Positions 12,900 to 26,044 of a stretch of 64,000 nt of DNA are shown here, piece after piece (the first letter of the stretch is position 1; each line of letters opens with the position of its first letter). The stretch is taken from the NCBI GenBank assembly GCA_973895155.1, contig OZ316891.1:12770771-12834770 (forward strand), read 5' to 3'. The stretch is from Marsupella aquatica. Lineage: Eukaryota; Plantae; Marchantiophyta. Made by a program: the position numbers and the translations under genes. The notes beneath the pieces are model-generated. The model saw only the letters and a list, made by a program, of their open reading frames with translations. It made no database searches and was not told the DNA's origin.

Positions 12900-13200
12900 T
12901 TGTGTAATTCAATGCAGCCACAAATTCTTTCTTTTGTAATTTGGATACAATAGCCATAGTGTATTCAACCAAGCTGGGAGATAATGCTACGGCACTAGGG
13001 TGCTTTGATGCGGCCGTAAGATCATTCATTTGTAGTTTGAATACACTCACCACAATGTATTCAAACAAGTTGGGAGACGGCAACACAGCACTTGGGTGCT
13101 CCAATGGGACTGTAACATCTTTCATTTATAGTTTGAATACAATAGCCACAATGTATTCAGCCAAGTTGGGAGTCAGGCTGTGATACTATGGCACTTACAT
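12900..13200. repeat. ~97-bp diverged tandem repeat (about 3 copies)
   Basis: ttg.ataca..a.cca.a.tgtattca..caag.tgggag recurs at about 12940, 13037 and 13133. Confidence 0.7.
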
Positions 13201-14140
13201 GATCCATGCACTACAGAATTACCTTTTGGCATTACTACACAAGACCAACCACAATGCTCACGGGCTGAATAGTGAGCCTAAACTATGTAGCTAGTAAACC
13301 CATTAACAAGAACATTGTTGTACGTAGTGAGCCCCGGAAGTCCGCTACGAGAGAATGTGAAACTTTGCATCCACTAGGAGAGAATCTCCAACTTTTGGTC
13401 CATTAAGAAAAAAAGATTTGTTTGAAGGTGCACTAACTAAGTATATATCTTACTCTAACTACATTGGAATGGAGTATATATCTCACTCAAACCACATTGG
13501 AATGTAATTTCACGGTTGCATATGTAATTAAGGACAAATGGTCTCTTTTACAAGCTAGTTACAAGATAACCGTATGTTGACTCGCATGTGTGGGGAGAAA
13601 TATGGGAGACCATATAGTTGTAAGTGTAATATGTATTTGATCGTACTTATTAAATCTTGGTTGGAAGTTTCTATTACAAAATTATGCATCATTCGCATAC
13701 CAGTAGCAGTTTTGACTACCGTGTTCACTTGTGATTGGACCTGACATTTTTCTAAGCCGCTCAGCTTTGCATTGAGACTGTATAATTCATAATGAGAAAT
13801 TAAAAATACAGATATAATATAACCAGAATAAGTTTATTCATGACCTTAAAGGTTTTATAAGGGTAAGAAATTATAATAAGATGTTTAACAAGAAAATAGA
13901 AAGTGTTATTTTAATGTTTAATTTAAAGTAAAATAGGTCACTTAAAAATATAAATATCTAGACATAATTTTCTTTATTAAATAGGGTTAATTAAATTAGA
14001 TCAAGATCACGCATGGTGCGGTAGTGCATGGGCCTAAAACATGGGCTACCCTACCCTGAAACCCAACCCTAGCTGTATTACATGAGAGCATCAGGGTCAT
14101 TGACACTCGAGGGGGCGGCCCCGTGACCCAGAGCCAAAGT

Positions 14141-14697
14141 TGTGTCAAAAACCCTCTTTGAATACAATACAACCCTTACAAAAGAACATCTCTATTTGAT
14201 TGAAAATTGAGGGAAGTACATAGAGCTAGCACATAAAGGTGGGGAAAATCACAGAGTACAATTTCTAGAGAAGAACTATTAAGTGCCCAAACTAATGGTT
14301 GGCCTGGAATCTAAGTTGTGTGACACAAGCTGGCCCAACGAAGGTGACAAAACAAGAAGTTCTTCTAATATAGTGTGGGAGAACGATGGGGTTAATTCCG
14401 TCATTGTTCCTTAAGGTAGTTTCACATCTTTGACATGTACTGCTATGAATTATTGCATGTGGATCCTCTTTCATGCTTGTTTGTTTGTTTTTTGGGCTCC
14501 TTTGTGTTAGTAATGTTGCCTCATCATGATTTGGAATCTAATTTGGTTTAGAGTTGTTATCTTCCAAATAAGGCCATGGTGGATTTGCAAACCACAATTG
14601 AAGGCCAGTCTAGATTTGCTTCCTTTTGCCAATCCAGGTCATCAAGGTTGAGTAGGGGCCTGGACTACTTCAAACATTTGTATTTTAATACTCCCCT
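14141..14697 (-). mobile_element. Probable degenerate 3' LTR with polypurine tract of an LTR retrotransposon
   Basis: On the minus strand a PPT-like AGGGGAG (14691-14697) abuts TATT..., and the segment ends ...GACACA at 14141. No partner LTR was identified. Confidence 0.35.
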
Positions 14698-17600
14698 ACA
14701 CAAGCAAACTTTGACGACTCAGTTTCAAAAGGAAAAAACAATGCTGTTTTTATCATCAATTTTGAATTTCTCATAGTTACAAGCTTTATTTCTCAATCAA
14801 ATATAATCTTCTACTGCAGCACACCCAAGTGATAAAAACCACAGTCACACAAAGTGAATGTCTCGGGTGTTTATTTCATGCCAAAGACAGGAGGATGTTG
14901 TGAAGGCTAGGACAATGATTGAAGCCTGTGTTGAAGCCATGACCTTGACTTTGCTGAGGTTTGGTCACATTTTGAAAGAAATTGTAGATGCTTGTACCTA
15001 GAACAAGCAGATGGAGTCAGTACCTATTTGAGATGAACCATAGAAGGACAGATACATAAGGCATTAATTCAATAGATGTATGCCTCTTGAAAGTGTCTGT
15101 TCAGGTAGACAATGCCAACCAGCAATGTCAAGATCATATGGTTGCCATCTTCCATGGCTAGTTTGCCCTACATGTTTCTACAAACACCCAGATCCCAAAC
15201 TCAATGGCTTGTATCCATTGTTAGGAAGCTTGCCCTAACATGGAGTCAAGCTCGAAGCTACAAGTAATTGAGTTTACAACTATAAATTGTAAGTCATATG
15301 ACTTGCAATCAGATATACTACAATTTATCTGATGTACACCAAGTTTCAGAGACAACAGTTCCTTTTGAAGACCATGACAAGATTATTCTTCAAACTAATC
15401 TTCTATTTATCAATTGGGGTCAAGCCATGATTTCAATTTGAATAAAATTTGATGACAACATGTCAAAGATCTGCACAAATTGCCTTCTTGCCTGGGTGCG
15501 TGGATTTTGTCCAACTTTTTCTACGGTATGTCTTGTATGAATTTTGAGACCTACCAAGAAAAAGCTCATAAAGTACAAGCCAAAAATGGGAAAGATTAGC
15601 TTGATTAGTAAGCATTTGTACTTTTTCTTTTTGCTGGAAAACAATATTGGATGTCAAAGCCTGCCAGCAATCACTAGTGGCCAATTTGTATAACCAAATG
15701 TTTTCTTGAGAACAATCATCTGGTAATGTGCATACGATCATGTCTCACAAGCTAAAGGACCACCTGAACATGGCATGGAAACTATAACTAGTATCTTGAT
15801 TGAATTACTAGTTTAGGGGGAGATTCCCAGCTGATTTCTTCACTATATGATGAAGGAAATGTGGAAAAACATAAGACTGAGAAAAATAGTGTTTGTTAGG
15901 GTTAGAATTGAGATTATGTCCCTTGAAACGGGCATTCATTAAACTTTTGCAGAACATATTGTAATGTTCAGAAATTAATTTGTGGGACTTGGACAAACTG
16001 ATCTCATCAATGGCACATCCAAGTTCGTCAAGCATCGATGAACACCTTCAATCTATCTTGATAGACATTGGGAAAATGGATCAAGGTGAAAGAGAGGCTC
16101 TTGAGAAGACTCTGGATCTTCACGGAGATGAACAGACATCTACATTTGTTGAGGATATAGCTGCAAAAATTCTTCATGGATTAGAGGGAAGGAGGTTGGA
16201 AGCAACCGAATCCAGAATGGTGCAAACTGTAACAAGCAATGCCCTCAATGACCCACTCCACGAAGGGCAAAAGGAAGCCCAAGGATTCAAAGAGAGGGAG
16301 AAGGCCAGGACCCCTACACTCTTTACCATTCACTATATTAAAACAATTAAGATCATGGCTGTTAAAACTATTGGGGGTGAATAAGTCATAAGGGATTGTT
16401 TATGATTTAGACACAAATTGTCTAGTTCATGATGCAAAAACTGTCACCTTGTTATCAATTTGAAGCTCTGTTTAGTATTTCATTTGTTATGAAAGGAAAA
16501 GTTGAGTGTGGTTCAATCTTTTTCTTGTGAGTGGGAGGTAACCTTGTTGAATGAAAGGTAACATGGTTTACTTTAATGAAGATAATAGTGTTTACAAGAA
16601 TGTGGTTTAGTTCAAATGGAGGAAAAGCAAACGGGACTAATTTGTGCATGCTGCCATATTGGACTGTTGGCAACAGTTAATTCAAGAGAGGGCGGCAGAG
16701 TTGGCAAAGAAGTGGGATAATTTGACTTTGATGCCAGAAGAGAAAGATGAATTAATCAAGAACCTCCTACACATAGTTGGGTAGCTCAATCTCTCTACCC
16801 GAGACACAACCTCTCATATTACACCTTGATATTCAATCAAATAGTGTATAGCTGCCATTCTAGTGACCTGTATTCTTTCATATCAACATACCCAACTCTC
16901 ATTACAACATATCTTATGGGGATACAATATGTATATACATATTGCCTAATATAAACTACAGTCAATATTCAGGGTGTCCATAGGCAATAGTTGACCAATT
17001 ATAGTACTACCCAGTGACATTGTGTACTCTTTGTACCTCCATGTCCTAGGACCCATTTGCCAGTCCTTTGTTCACGCTTCACAATTGGTTATGAACCTCT
17101 GTCTATTCCCCGTGTTGTTGGATACGTACCATAGCTTAATTGCATTGTCCAGCAGGGGAATCTCTCAGTCCCCTGTCTTTAAAAATTTGGCTTGCATTTA
17201 CCGCTGCTCACAACCGCTGAGGTGCTGTGTTCACAGATCTGCCAAGCTGCACTATTTAGAAATCTCTTAATCTGAGATTCCCTCCAACTTGGTACTATGG
17301 AGGGACAGCACGGCAGCATGAAGTGTCCCAATATTAGCAAAGTGGTAATTCTTATGTTGAAGTCCAAACACCTGATATGCATTGTGCACAACATCAAACT
17401 AGTTTTAGTTGAGTAGTTGCCGCCATAGGACATTATATGTACCTTGTTTTGGGAAAGTAAAGAAACTCGACCATCTTTTTAAAACTCACCTAAACATGGG
17501 TGACTTTGCGCATATCAACAATTCAGCCATGATTTTAAAAAATCAATGATGAAAAGAAGGGTGACTTTACGGATATCTCTATTGTTAGTTCTATACTTAT

Positions 17601-18448
17601 TTCATCTTTGACATCTACTCCAATATATATTTAATCCTGCAGTGCAAGCAGGATTAGTTAGTGTCATATAAGTAAAAGTAAGCCTCATTTTTCGGAATTT
17701 ATCATATAGGGGTAATAAAGCAAAAGCAAAATTGGGTGTAATAGAGTCCATGCGCCTGTGACTGAGATTATTCTGTAAAGGATGAGATTCAATTTTTGTT
17801 CAATATGCATGGCATCTTCCAGCTTTGTTGTTATTATTGACTTTATCAAGGGTATCCGTAAGGGCCTAACCATGTTCACTGACAATCAATTAAATCAAGG
17901 CTTAAGCTAGCCCTATGATAAATGCAGATATTGGTGGATCATTTTTCTTGTTCACAACTAGTATCGTTCCTTTAATCTTTGAATTTTTGAATTTGTTTTG
18001 TTTATATGTGCTTGATGTTTGGTCTTGTGGTAAGTAGGCTGGAATTGTTGTTTATATTACCCCATGGAATGCTCATTTACTCGGGCTTCTACTGTGAAGC
18101 TATTTCTTACTTTAGTTATTGACTTCTGGATAGTACTAATTTTGTGCAAATTCAGGTGCTCAGATTATTGTAGGCGGAAGCATTATTAGCATCCCAAATT
18201 GTTCACTAAACTATTTGAATGTTAGAGCAGGTGCAATTTCTGCTCATGTAAATGTCTGATACTCCTGCTTTCAAACACATTCTCCGCATATTTCAACATC
18301 AAGGTTAATTGTGTCTGGAGAATTCTCTAGCTAACTTCAATCATTAACTGTATCCTACCTGGGCGCTATATACAATCAACTTACTACTTCTCAGTTACTA
18401 GAACAACCTCCAAATATGCTCACAACAAGAACTGTTTGTGTGTTGCAG

Positions 18449-21400
18449 ATAGAAGATATGCAAGGGAAGTTGCATGCTCAAAAAAATCAACTAGTAGCAC
18501 ATAAACAATCCATTCAAAGACTTGCTGCCCAACTCTCAACATTGAGGAAAAGATTCAACTTTGAACGGAGGAAAATAGGCACAAATAAAGCACTTGACGT
18601 AAATGTCAACCTAAGTGGGGTGTTGAGAGAACATACTAGAATTCTCCAAGATTGTGTATTTTTTCTAAGAAGACAAATCATGGAGCTAAAAAGAAGAGAC
18701 CATATGTGTCAAGAACATGAGAAGACAGTATACAATGAGTGCCATGCTATGATCTCCAAACAGATATCTCAATTGAAAAAAATAGAAGAGATTCTTAACA
18801 ACGGGGACCATGCTGAACATGACAGAATAGTGAAAGACTGCATTCAAACATTAACAACCCATGTCACAGAACTCCAACAAAGGGAAGAGTTGAACCATAA
18901 TTATCATCAAAATGGGAGAACTAACACAGTTGACAATGAGTATCATCAAATTTTAAAAAGTCATATTACAGGAATGCAGAGGAGAAAAGACAGTGGGGAT
19001 AGCACTGAAGTCATTTTTTATGATTGTGTCAAACTATTGAACCACCGAATTGATCTATTAGAGACAAGAGGAGTTGAAATTTATGGAGAAAATAATTCCA
19101 AGAAACTTGAAGTTATGCTACAAAAGCTCTGCAATAATATAACAGACTTGAAGGGGGAAGCTAAATTTGGAGTTGATTCTGAAACCATTTTTACTAGTTG
19201 CATCGAAATGTTGAATGGAGAGATTGGTGAATTGGAAGGAAAAGGCCCAACCAACCTTAGCGATCTTGAAAATTTGGTATCAACAAGCCCAAATGATTAT
19301 GAGAAAATAACAGTAGAAATGGAACTAAAAGAGGTAGAGCATCTCATCAGCATGTTAGACACTGAAAGGAAGAAGCAACAACAAGAACTTTTTGATCACC
19401 TCAAACATGAAATAGAAGACAGTGAAGGAAGTGAATCAAATGTTGGGAAAATTGCATCAAGTGATGAGCAAAATGCAACAAATCAAAGCTCTAGTGATAT
19501 TACTCATTTGGAGCATGCATCATGTAGTGGAAGTAGTTTCTCAGTGAGTGATCCATCATTAGAAACCAGCTCCTTGTCAAATCATTTAAAGGGATTAAAT
19601 GCACAGGTAGCAGATCACAATGCTGTGGAACATACATCACACATAGGGGCTGATTTTGATGGCAATGAACAACAGTTGAACAAAGAACCCCAATATGATC
19701 ACCAGACACAGGCATCAATACAACAAGAGCAAACTCCAACAAGTAGACATGTTCATTTCATAGAAGGACATGAAGATTCTGCTCTATCACCTGGGCCCCT
19801 TCAAACTGAGAATCTTATCAATCATCATGGACACATGGAAGGTCAAGGGATTGTTGCAAAGTAAGTGTGCATTGCTTTCATAGCCTAGAACCAAAATTCT
19901 TGTAGATTGTAGGCATTCAATTTTTGTAAGCATTTCATAAAAATTCTACTTAGTCAATGATGGTAATAACTACAGCACATAAAGTGCTCACGTCTTCAAA
20001 AAGATGCCCCAGCCCACAAGAAAAGCATGGCAGGAGGGCCAAAAGACTGCCATAGACTAAGCCCAAGGGAAAATAAAGAAGTAAGGGGACAAGGCCAGGC
20101 AGCTAAACAAGACAACCAGTAAGAAAATTGGACCCTGGAGCAATAGTCTCAAGAAGAGCAAGGCCAACCGCCATTCACAACAAGCAGCCAAAAGCATCAT
20201 TTCTAACACACTAAATGTCAAGTGGTGCAAACCAAGTCTAAGCATCCTACTCTGACAAAAGCTGTGCTACTAGGCCACCTCTTACATCTATCTTTGAAAA
20301 TGTAGGAAGATAAAGTATCTTAGATAAAGTACCCGAAGGGATCAAATTGGGAAATATGTTAGAGACCTAGGATAGATAGAAATTCTCCTACAAAAATGGA
20401 AGCAAATATACATACTAAGATACTTTGCATGAGAAAGTGCAGCACTAAGTATTTTCTGTCGCTAACTTAAATGTTGCTGTATTTTAGTACAAAGTTTACA
20501 ACAAGCGCAATTGAAACAAAGTAAGAGGTAAGGGGGAAACTTGATAAATTGGTTATGAGTTTCTGCTCTTTATATTTAAAAAAAATCTGTTGTAATTCTA
20601 GGAGTAAGACAAATATAGTTAGACAACACATTTGAGTGACTAATCAGTTTATTACTAATTGGTGATGCAGGTTGCATAGGTTTTTTTTTCCACTAGTGCT
20701 ATTTTTCACCCTCTTAGCATGTTGTTACATGATCTGGACTTTTCTCCCTCAACTGTTTCCAGACTTTACTCACAAAGTGGTAAGATTGTTTTCCCCCATT
20801 TTATTTTAATACAAGTAGGCCAACCAAAACTCTGCGATTATGTTGTTAGAACCAACAGAACACAAAATGTGAACATAATAGTAATAAGCTAGTAAACCCT
20901 CAAATTACCACATAGAACTTCTGCCAGTAGAGTTATGAGGTCCTACGCAACCTACTGACTTTGTGGCAAAGAAAGGTTTGTTTATCTTGGAGAAGTTTTT
21001 GTAAGAATTTCATTCAACTACTCTTCACCCCAATCTGCTTTGCGTCCAATCCACACGGTGCAATTTTTGGCCTGAACGTTTTGCTTGAAGGTACTCACAG
21101 AGCTCGCGGTTCTCTCATGTTGAAGATTCAATACAAAACTATGGAGAAGCTCATGACTGGACCCTGGAAAGATTGAAAGACATAAGAATCCGACAACTTA
21201 AAGACTCAATAATCAAGAAATCGTCAGAAAGAGTGAACGATTGGAACCAAGGATTAAGAACTTCAGTGAGGAAATCCTCAGAGAGTGTGAAAGGTTGGAA
21301 TCAAGGACTTAAAAGTTCAGTTCAAAAGTCCTCGGAGAAAATGAAAGATTGGAACCAGGGAATTGAGGACACAATTTGGTTTTCCTCAGAAAAATTGCAA

Positions 21401-21910
21401 GATTGGAACAAAGGATTGGCGGATGCAGCTTATAAGTCATCGGAAAGAATTAAGGGTTGGGGGTTGCACAACTACTTGAATTCCAACACTCAAGAAGTGA
21501 AGGATGATGAAAACTTACCACCAAAACTGGAAGTATTTGAGCATTTTGTAGTAGAATCTGTAGATAATGGAAATTCAGATGCAGGTTGGAGAACTGATTA
21601 TTCTTTTCGAAATATGGTGAAGAATGTCTATCGTCAGCTGTTGGAAATGACTCATGCCGCATTTTTCTTTATGACATATATATTCTTTATCTTCTTTGAG
21701 GCATTTGAGGGGATTGTGAGAGTTTTTGTTCCACCATTCAATTTGGTAAATAAGTTCATCATCAAAACAACTCCTTTTCCAGATTCCATTTGTCTAACTG
21801 AAGCGTTTGATACTTTTCATGCATTCAATACATTGTTATCAACTTGGAGGACTCAGCTTATTGAGCAAAAACATTGCTATTGGTTGAACTATCAGCTGTC
21901 ACATAGATGA
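18449..21910 (+). CDS. Unrecognised coiled-coil/repeat protein with a C-terminal hydrophobic segment, 5'-partial; join(<18449..19860,21091..21910)
   Basis: A 1412-nt exon after a tgttgcag acceptor ends at AA|gtaagt. The phase-2 join to ttgaag|G TAC TCA opens the 21173-21910 ORF. Both ORFs are long and stop-free in AT-rich DNA. Upstream exons are unresolved. Confidence 0.7.
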
Positions 21911-22959
21911 CCCTATAGGCTTGTCCCATTCCTAAAAAAAGGATGACCCAATAGACTACATAGATTCAATTTACAAATATTAAAACATATGCTGCAAGTG
22001 TAACCAAGTGGGATTACAAAACTATAATAGAGTGTGGTTGTTTTGTGTTTACAGGTCTAAATTGTATATTGCAAAGATACGGCTTGGTTGAAGTATCTTG
22101 CAATATTTGTGAGACTTCACAAGAGAAATTAAAAATCTCCCACGTCAATCACCAAGTTATATGGATATCAAACACTCGGAATGATAGAACCCTGTGAGTT
22201 CTCTTTCACTTTACAAAATGCCAATGGTCAAAGTAGCATTTAGAAAACATTAGAAACAAGCTGGAGGTGAGAATCACTGAGATACAAGCTGGGGATTGAG
22301 AATCACTGAGATCTACACACAGGTTTGGTTCTATCTAAGTAAGCTAATTTCCTAGACAGTGCATTTTATGTAAACAGCTTTAAAGTACATTGCCACTAAA
22401 GATTTGCCCAATAACAACACGCCACTGTTTTTTGTATTTCTAAACTGCCACTCTTTCATCTATGGTTACTTGGGTTAGCTCGCCTTCCATGTGTTGCATC
22501 CTGATTGGGTGGATATTATATCTGAATTGTGTATGGTTGGATTTCTGTTGCCCAGGACCTGTGCTGGTTTGATATCCTTACTCTCTGCGAGGGGGGTGTT
22601 GTTTGCTCTCACTCTACTGGGCAGGGAGTCATTTTTGAGGGGCACTTCTCAAATGGAATCCCCTGGTCACAAGACAACAACAAATGCTAGTGAGCAAGGT
22701 CTACGTCTGCACATGGAGCTGTCACTGCGCTGCAAAGGAAAGTAGGAAATAAGAGAAGACTGCAGAGATTTGTAGTGTGATTGCGCACTGGAGTGGGAAC
22801 CCAATTGACCCTACATTGTGCTGCCATGGAGCTGGGAAAGTGGGGACAGAGAAGAGAGCCGATGTCTGTCCTCTTATTTTTTCGTTTAGCAAGAGGCAAG
22901 AAAGTTAATGTTATCATGTCGAAGAAATTAGTCTTCAATACCTCTTCACCAATGTTTCT

Positions 22960-23139
22960 GGAGGTATTTGCTTGATAGACCCCCAAAATGAAACTTGTTA
23001 CTTGATCAACCCCCTGAGGTCTATTAAGGGTCCAGATCTGAGATCTAAAGGTCCATTAACGATCCAGATTGGGGAAAAGCATGGAGGGGGTTGATTAAGC
23101 AAACTTTTTCAAGAAGGGGGTCTACTAAGCATATCTCTC
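22960..23139. mobile_element. Mutator-like MITE
   Basis: ~55-bp imperfect TIRs (GCTTGATAGACCCCC...TTGATCAACCCCCT versus GGGGGTTGATTAAGC...GGGGGTCTACTAAGC). 9-bp TSD-like flanks aatgtttct / aatgtttat. Confidence 0.65.
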
Positions 23140-25349
23140 AATGTTTATGTACAACAACATATTTATCAGTCAATGGCACTATCAATCCACAACAGAATTA
23201 TAATTACTATGGTGCATGAGAGATTTATTCAATCTGCTTCTAAAGACTCATCCGCCTCTAAAGACTCGAAGATTGTATATTTTAGCTAAAGATTTGAAAG
23301 AATTACAATCAATTTAAAAAATGGATTTCCGTAAAGCTTTTCTGGGTAGCAACGTGAAATTTGATTTGACATTGCAAAGTCAAATGATAACAAAATTCAG
23401 TGTGTAATATGGCATTGGAAAGGTCATAAAGGGATTATCCTAATGAGCCCATGATTGTCAACATTGATCAAGAATCAAGTGAGTAATTCCAAAACTAGAT
23501 TTTGCAGTGCATTGTATGGACATTGAAAGTTAAAACTGACCGGCTATGGCAACAGCAGGTTGATCAAAGTTGAGCTCATGAGCAAGAGAGGTCAAGGTTG
23601 TAAGTGAGTAATAGTTAGTAAAAGAATGCTCGTGAGCTAACCCCACTGGAGAACATGAGGGTAGTCTGTGATGGACAGTGCCTACTGAACAGACTCTAAG
23701 CTAATCAGTACCTCAGAAGGGATGGAATCTAACCCATGATGGTTAACCTCTGTCTGTCTTGGGTTATCCTTACTGCCAAAAAATGGCAGTATTACAAATA
23801 ACACATACATTGACCATATAACAAATAAGCACATCTTTAGTGGCACCTTACTTAAAAGCTGTTTGCCTGAAACTCTGATGTACTCTCTAAGAAATCTGCT
23901 ATGCTTTAAGATCTTTCCATATATGATAAAGTTTGCATTCAAGTATCATTGTACAAAGTGTTCTGCTAATATCTTCTTTGTATCAGTATTCTTGTTGTTC
24001 CTAACAAAGTAATTTGTGCTCAACTTGACAGGAGAGTACTGGATGGAACATGTGGACTGAAAAATGATGGGCTCTGGGTGTCTAAGACCAAAAAAACCCA
24101 TATGAAATAAATTTTGTTTTTGGTCACTATAGAGATTTTGCAAAATTCCATGACATTTTCCACTACCTAGGCTTCAAGTTGCTGGGAGAGTCTTCCCTTG
24201 CTTGGCAAGAACTACAAATGAAACAATTAAAACTACTCAAATTCTTTGGGGGGGGGGGGGGGGTGGTGGTCACTATATGGAGCCCCCTAGCTATCAACTG
24301 CAACATTTTTAAAGATTGAACACTCTACAAATAAAATGATAATTCTAGTGTTTGTTTTTTGATCCTATTAATTTGGAATATTCTTGGAAAATTCCAGAAA
24401 TTGGCTAATAAATCCTGTCTATTTTATAAGTCTCCAATTCAGATTAAAAATACTCTATTGCCTTTCAAATAAAATTTCTATTTTGTATGTGACGGGTTGG
24501 AAGATTTTGAGTGATCCCCCAAATTAGCTCAACTTCATCAACAAACCAGGGCAATTGCACACTCAATGGAATCTAATTGCCAGGGCAACTCCCAATTTGA
24601 CACTTTTTCTCCCCGTTTGTCTTGGAATCTTTGCAGCTGTACACCCGATCTTTGAGGCTTTCCTAGAGGCCTGCATAGTCTTTCTTATAGAGTGGGACCT
24701 TATCCCCCTATTTCTATTGTCACAACCTTCCTTAGACAATGGTGTGTGTAGCACTACAAAGGCTCAGGCATTCTCTATTTCTTATAGTGGTGAGGTTGTA
24801 GGTTTCAGGAACTATAGTCAAATTCCTTTGCATTAGCCTCCTCTCCAGTTTGCTTGAGAGTTTTACCAGGCTTTTCAGTTTGTGGCTGGATAGGGTCTCA
24901 GGTTTTTAGATTGTTGTAGTGTTGGACTTTAGCTGACACTCTGGGCATTCTGGATCTTCAATTTTCTTTGGGGTTTTCCTTGTCCCCCCCCCCCTTTATT
25001 GAAGCTCTTGCCTTTGGGTTAGACTCCGGGTTGGACCTAGGCTTTGGCCGTGTGATATCCAAACAACGAAGCGCAATCCAAAGATACTCTTCTACTATCT
25101 AGAGTGAAGCCTGTAAACTGTGAGTCTAACCAAGTGCATAATTGAGAGTGAGGGTGCAGACAAAAAAGGGGATGGGAGCAAAGATGAAATGAAAATAGCA
25201 TAGAATAGTTTTTTGTGCAAGGTTTTCTTTCATCCTCATCTCTATTTACTTTCAAGGGACACGTAATCATGCTAGTATATAGTTAAAACAACTTTTAACT
25301 ACTTTGCTTCTAAAGATGTTCCAAATGACAATATTCTGACAATTCTTTT

Positions 25350-25631
25350 TGTTGAGTATTGCAGCTCTTAGTCTTGTGACTCTAAGGCTAACCGCAGTTA
25401 GGTTAACTCAGGTTAGGACTTAGCTTAGGTTAGCAGTGATGCATCCTATATATAACCAGGGCTGATGCCAGCCCCTGGTGGATATTCAGTTGGGCAAGAG
25501 AGAAGTAAAGGTCTCTTGCTTTCCTGTGGACGTAGCCTCAGTCGTGAGGTGAACCACGTACTCGCTGTGTCGACTACTTTGTATGGTGTTTACATGCGCA
25601 TGGTGTCTCGGGATAAGGATGATCCCCAACA
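25350..25631 (+). mobile_element. Solo LTR (Copia-like), 282 bp
   Basis: TGTTG...CAACA termini, perfect 5-bp TSD CTTTT (25345-25349 and 25632-25636), TATA box CTATATATAA, and a cctgtggacgtagcc...gaaccacgta motif of the kind seen in plant Copia LTRs. Confidence 0.85.
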
Positions 25632-26044
25632 CTTTTTGTGTTCACAAACTTGTCACGGTTCTAGATGGGTAATCATGCTAGTATGATGTTAAAACAAATT
25701 TTTGCTACTAAAGGAGTCTCAAATGACAATATGTCACAATTTTCTGTTGTATTTACAAATATGCTATGGTTTCTTATTTGGACAACAAGTTCATCAACGT
25801 AACCAAGGTAACCATATATAAAATCATGGCATATAATCTTAATAATAAGGATTTTCCCTTATTAGCCAGAGTGTACATTTCAAGTGAGTAAATTAGCCAG
25901 TGGCAAATATCAAGTGTGCCAAGGACAAGATGTTAGGGATAATTTTTTGTGAATTAGCAGTGGCTAATGTCAAGTGTGTGAAGGAAAAGATGTTAGGAAC
26001 TCACAAATCTGGAACTCACAAATTGTTTTCTGACGGTTAGATCT

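Noticed and set aside
21650-21745. Plant KASH-type tail (TM followed by VFVPP)
   Set aside because: KASH motifs must be at the extreme C-terminus; this frame continues for about 55 more residues.
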